Positions 62,226 through 64,000 of a stretch of 64,000 bases of DNA are shown piece after piece (position 1 is the stretch's first letter; each line of letters opens with the position of its first letter). The notes under the pieces are model-generated. The model worked only from the letters and a program-made list of their open reading frames with translations. It ran no database searches and was not told the origin of the DNA. Where the stretch lies: assembly GCA_040217195.1 (NCBI GenBank), contig JAVJNR010000003.1, positions 480,001 to 544,000 of the forward strand, in the 5' to 3' direction. The position numbers were made by a program, and so were the translations under genes. The stretch comes from Leptospiraceae bacterium. Lineage in GTDB: Bacteria; Spirochaetota; Leptospiria; Leptospirales; Leptonemataceae.

Positions 62226-63569
62226 TTATGAATTGTTCGGCCACCGCGGATGCTGACGATCAATTACAAAATGATGGGAATGAACCAGGGCTGGATTCCC
62301 ATGGGAACCGGCTATTTCCCGGGATTCATGTCTATGCTCAAGTATGAATGCATCATACCCGGGCTTCCACAATAGGAAAATTAGAAGTAGTACAAAACCG
62401 GTGCTGCATGCTAGCAACAGGAACAGGCCTGCCATTCCCAGATAGGTCAATGCATATCCGGCCAGAGGATAGGCCAGTAGCCAGCCCAGATGCGAAAAGG
62501 CAAACTGTGCTGCATAATAGTCCTGACGGGTCTCTTGACTGGATGAATGCCTTACCAGCTGGCCAGCAGGAGTTTGAAGCATGGAACTCCCCAGGCCCAG
62601 AAGGACCCAGATAGCTGAAAGGCCTGCATAGCTTTCTACGCGAATGCCCAGGAGAAAACCGATCAGCAGGACCGAAGCTCCCATCAGCATTACCAGTCTT
62701 ACACTGATCTTTCGCAGCAATCCAGGAATGGATAAGGCGGCCACAATAGAGCCAGTCCCAAAGAATGCGAAAGCATAAGCAACCAGGGGTGCCTGCAAGT
62801 GCCACTTCTCCTGAACGATGACCACTGTATTTACGATGACCATGGCTCCAGCCAGCGAAGACAGCCAACCCAGAATCATGGAGTATTTCAGCCGAGGAGT
62901 ACGCAAGTATGCACCCATTCCAAACATAGTAGCTTCAACAATGGCCACCGGGGTTTGCTTGCGCCTATTGATATTAATCACCGGCAGTGAAACATAGGCA
63001 AGAAATAGAGCTGAAGCCAGAAACGTTAAGGCATCCACCCAGAACAATGTCTGAAAAGAAGAAATACCCAGAATCAATCCGCAGATCAAGGGACTTGCCA
63101 GATTCTCCAGATCATAGGCCAGCCGGGAAAGAGAAATGGCCCGATTATAATCATCGTCAACGGGTAAGAGATCTGCAATGGATGCCTGGAATACAGGTGT
63201 AAAGGCGGCAGCCATACAGTTAATAAGAAAAATCAGCAAATAAATCTGCCATACGGAATCTACCAGCAATAAGACCAGAATCAGTCCTGCCCGAACCAAA
63301 TCCAGGAGTATCAGCAGTGATCGCCGATTGAATCCTGCAAATAGAACAGAGAAAAATGGAGCCAGAAATACATAGACCACCATCTTGATCGCAAGGGCTG
63401 TTCCCAGGACCTGTCCTGCACTTTCGCCAGCGAGACGAGCAGCAAGTAATCCCAGAGCAATGGTAGACATACCGGTGCCCAAAAGCGAAATCAACTGCGC
63501 CGAAAACATCAGCCGGTAGTTTCTATTCGCTGGAATAAAGTTCCTGAGGCTGTCGATCAACGATATCAA
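62226..63569 (-). CDS. NreB-like MFS metal (Ni/Co) efflux transporter
   Basis: LGTALAIKMVVYV, SRLAYDLE, AAQFAFSH..WL.AYPLAG; His-rich C-terminus HRH...HSHHFVID..H..WP. Confidence 0.8.
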   Translation of the reverse strand: MISLIDSLRNFIPANRNYRLMFSAQLISLLGTGMSTIALGLLAARLAGESAGQVLGTALAIKMVVYVFLAPFFSVLFAGFNRRSLLILLDLVRAGLILVLLLVDSVWQIYLLIFLINCMAAAFTPVFQASIADLLPVDDDYNRAISLSRLAYDLENLASPLICGLILGISSFQTLFWVDALTFLASALFLAYVSLPVININRRKQTPVAIVEATMFGMGAYLRTPRLKYSMILGWLSSLAGAMVIVNTVVIVQEKWHLQAPLVAYAFAFFGTGSIVAALSIPGLLRKISVRLVMLMGASVLLIGFLLGIRVESYAGLSAIWVLLGLGSSMLQTPAGQLVRHSSSQETRQDYYAAQFAFSHLGWLLAYPLAGYALTYLGMAGLFLLLACSTGFVLLLIFLLWKPGYDAFILEHRHESREIAGSHGNPALVHSHHFVIDRQHPRWPNNS

Positions 63570-63602
63570 ATGTTTGCTCCAGTGGGCCTCGAAAGGTATC
63601 TC

Positions 63603-64000
63603 TCAGGAAATACTTTTTCGTGCAATCAAGTAGGATAATTGTCGATCCACACTACCTTTTGACTCCAATTCGAATCCGTTCTGGTGCATTTGCAAAGCAA
63701 GTGTTTCCATAGAATCCTGATAACGCTTATGGCCTCCATGAAGTAAGATCAGTGAGTCCTTTAGCTTCTCAAGGATGGATCCGGACCGGGATTGAATATC
63801 TACAATGAGAACCCTGCCATCCCTCCGTAATACCCGGTGCATTTGCTGCAGGGAAGCAGGCACCAGGGGCTCCGGGAGGTGATGGATCATCAATGTGGAA
63901 AACAGCAAATCAAAACTGGAGTCTTCCAGAGGAAGGTCCTCTGCCGGGGCCTGTTTGAATTCCACGCCAGCCTTACGTTCCGCCGACTTTTTCCTTGCTC
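63603..64000 (-). CDS. Class I SAM-dependent methyltransferase (5' end beyond the window)
   Basis: AEDLPLEDSSFD, HHLP, RVLRRDGRVLIVD; frame open to the window edge. Confidence 0.85.
   Translation of the reverse strand, partial: ARKKSAERKAGVEFKQAPAEDLPLEDSSFDLLFSTLMIHHLPEPLVPASLQQMHRVLRRDGRVLIVDIQSRSGSILEKLKDSLILLHGGHKRYQDSMETLALQMHQNGFELESKGSVDRQLSYLIARKSIS

Overview
A 64-kb bacterial chromosomal window, most likely from a Leptospiraceae spirochaete. This is inferred from gene order (cheW-cheA-cheB-cheY-scpA-scpB-pheA-tyrA; rpmG-ispE-tRNA-Gln-glmU-prs-rplY-pth-ftsH) and from the DUF1566 and 7TM-DISM/AraC proteins. Most of 4.5-52.9 kb is housekeeping: aromatic amino-acid synthesis, chemotaxis, zapA/zapB, infC-rpmI-rplT, glyA, typA, coaD, lipA, a long Lhr helicase, ftsH, and two tRNAs (Gln-TTG, Ser-GGA). 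Accessory DNA comprises a TetR-linked detoxification-type operon (0-4.3 kb), three paralogous NTF2/DUF4878-like lipoproteins next to a permuted NlpC/P60 enzyme (25-27.8 kb), and a mosaic region after tRNA-Ser (52.9-64 kb). The strongest find lies in that mosaic region: a CorE-like (ECF44-type) Cys-rich sigma factor with no adjacent anti-sigma gene, beside divergent cupredoxin and copZ-copA genes. Both divergent units carry the same TGTAACC-N15-CGTTT ECF-type promoter. Other notable points are a Pth homologue lacking its catalytic His, a 6S RNA candidate inverted relative to zapA/ygfA, a CheA-CheC fusion, a candidate L20 leader and a decayed sugar-transporter remnant. All calls come from motif reading by eye; no database searches were run.
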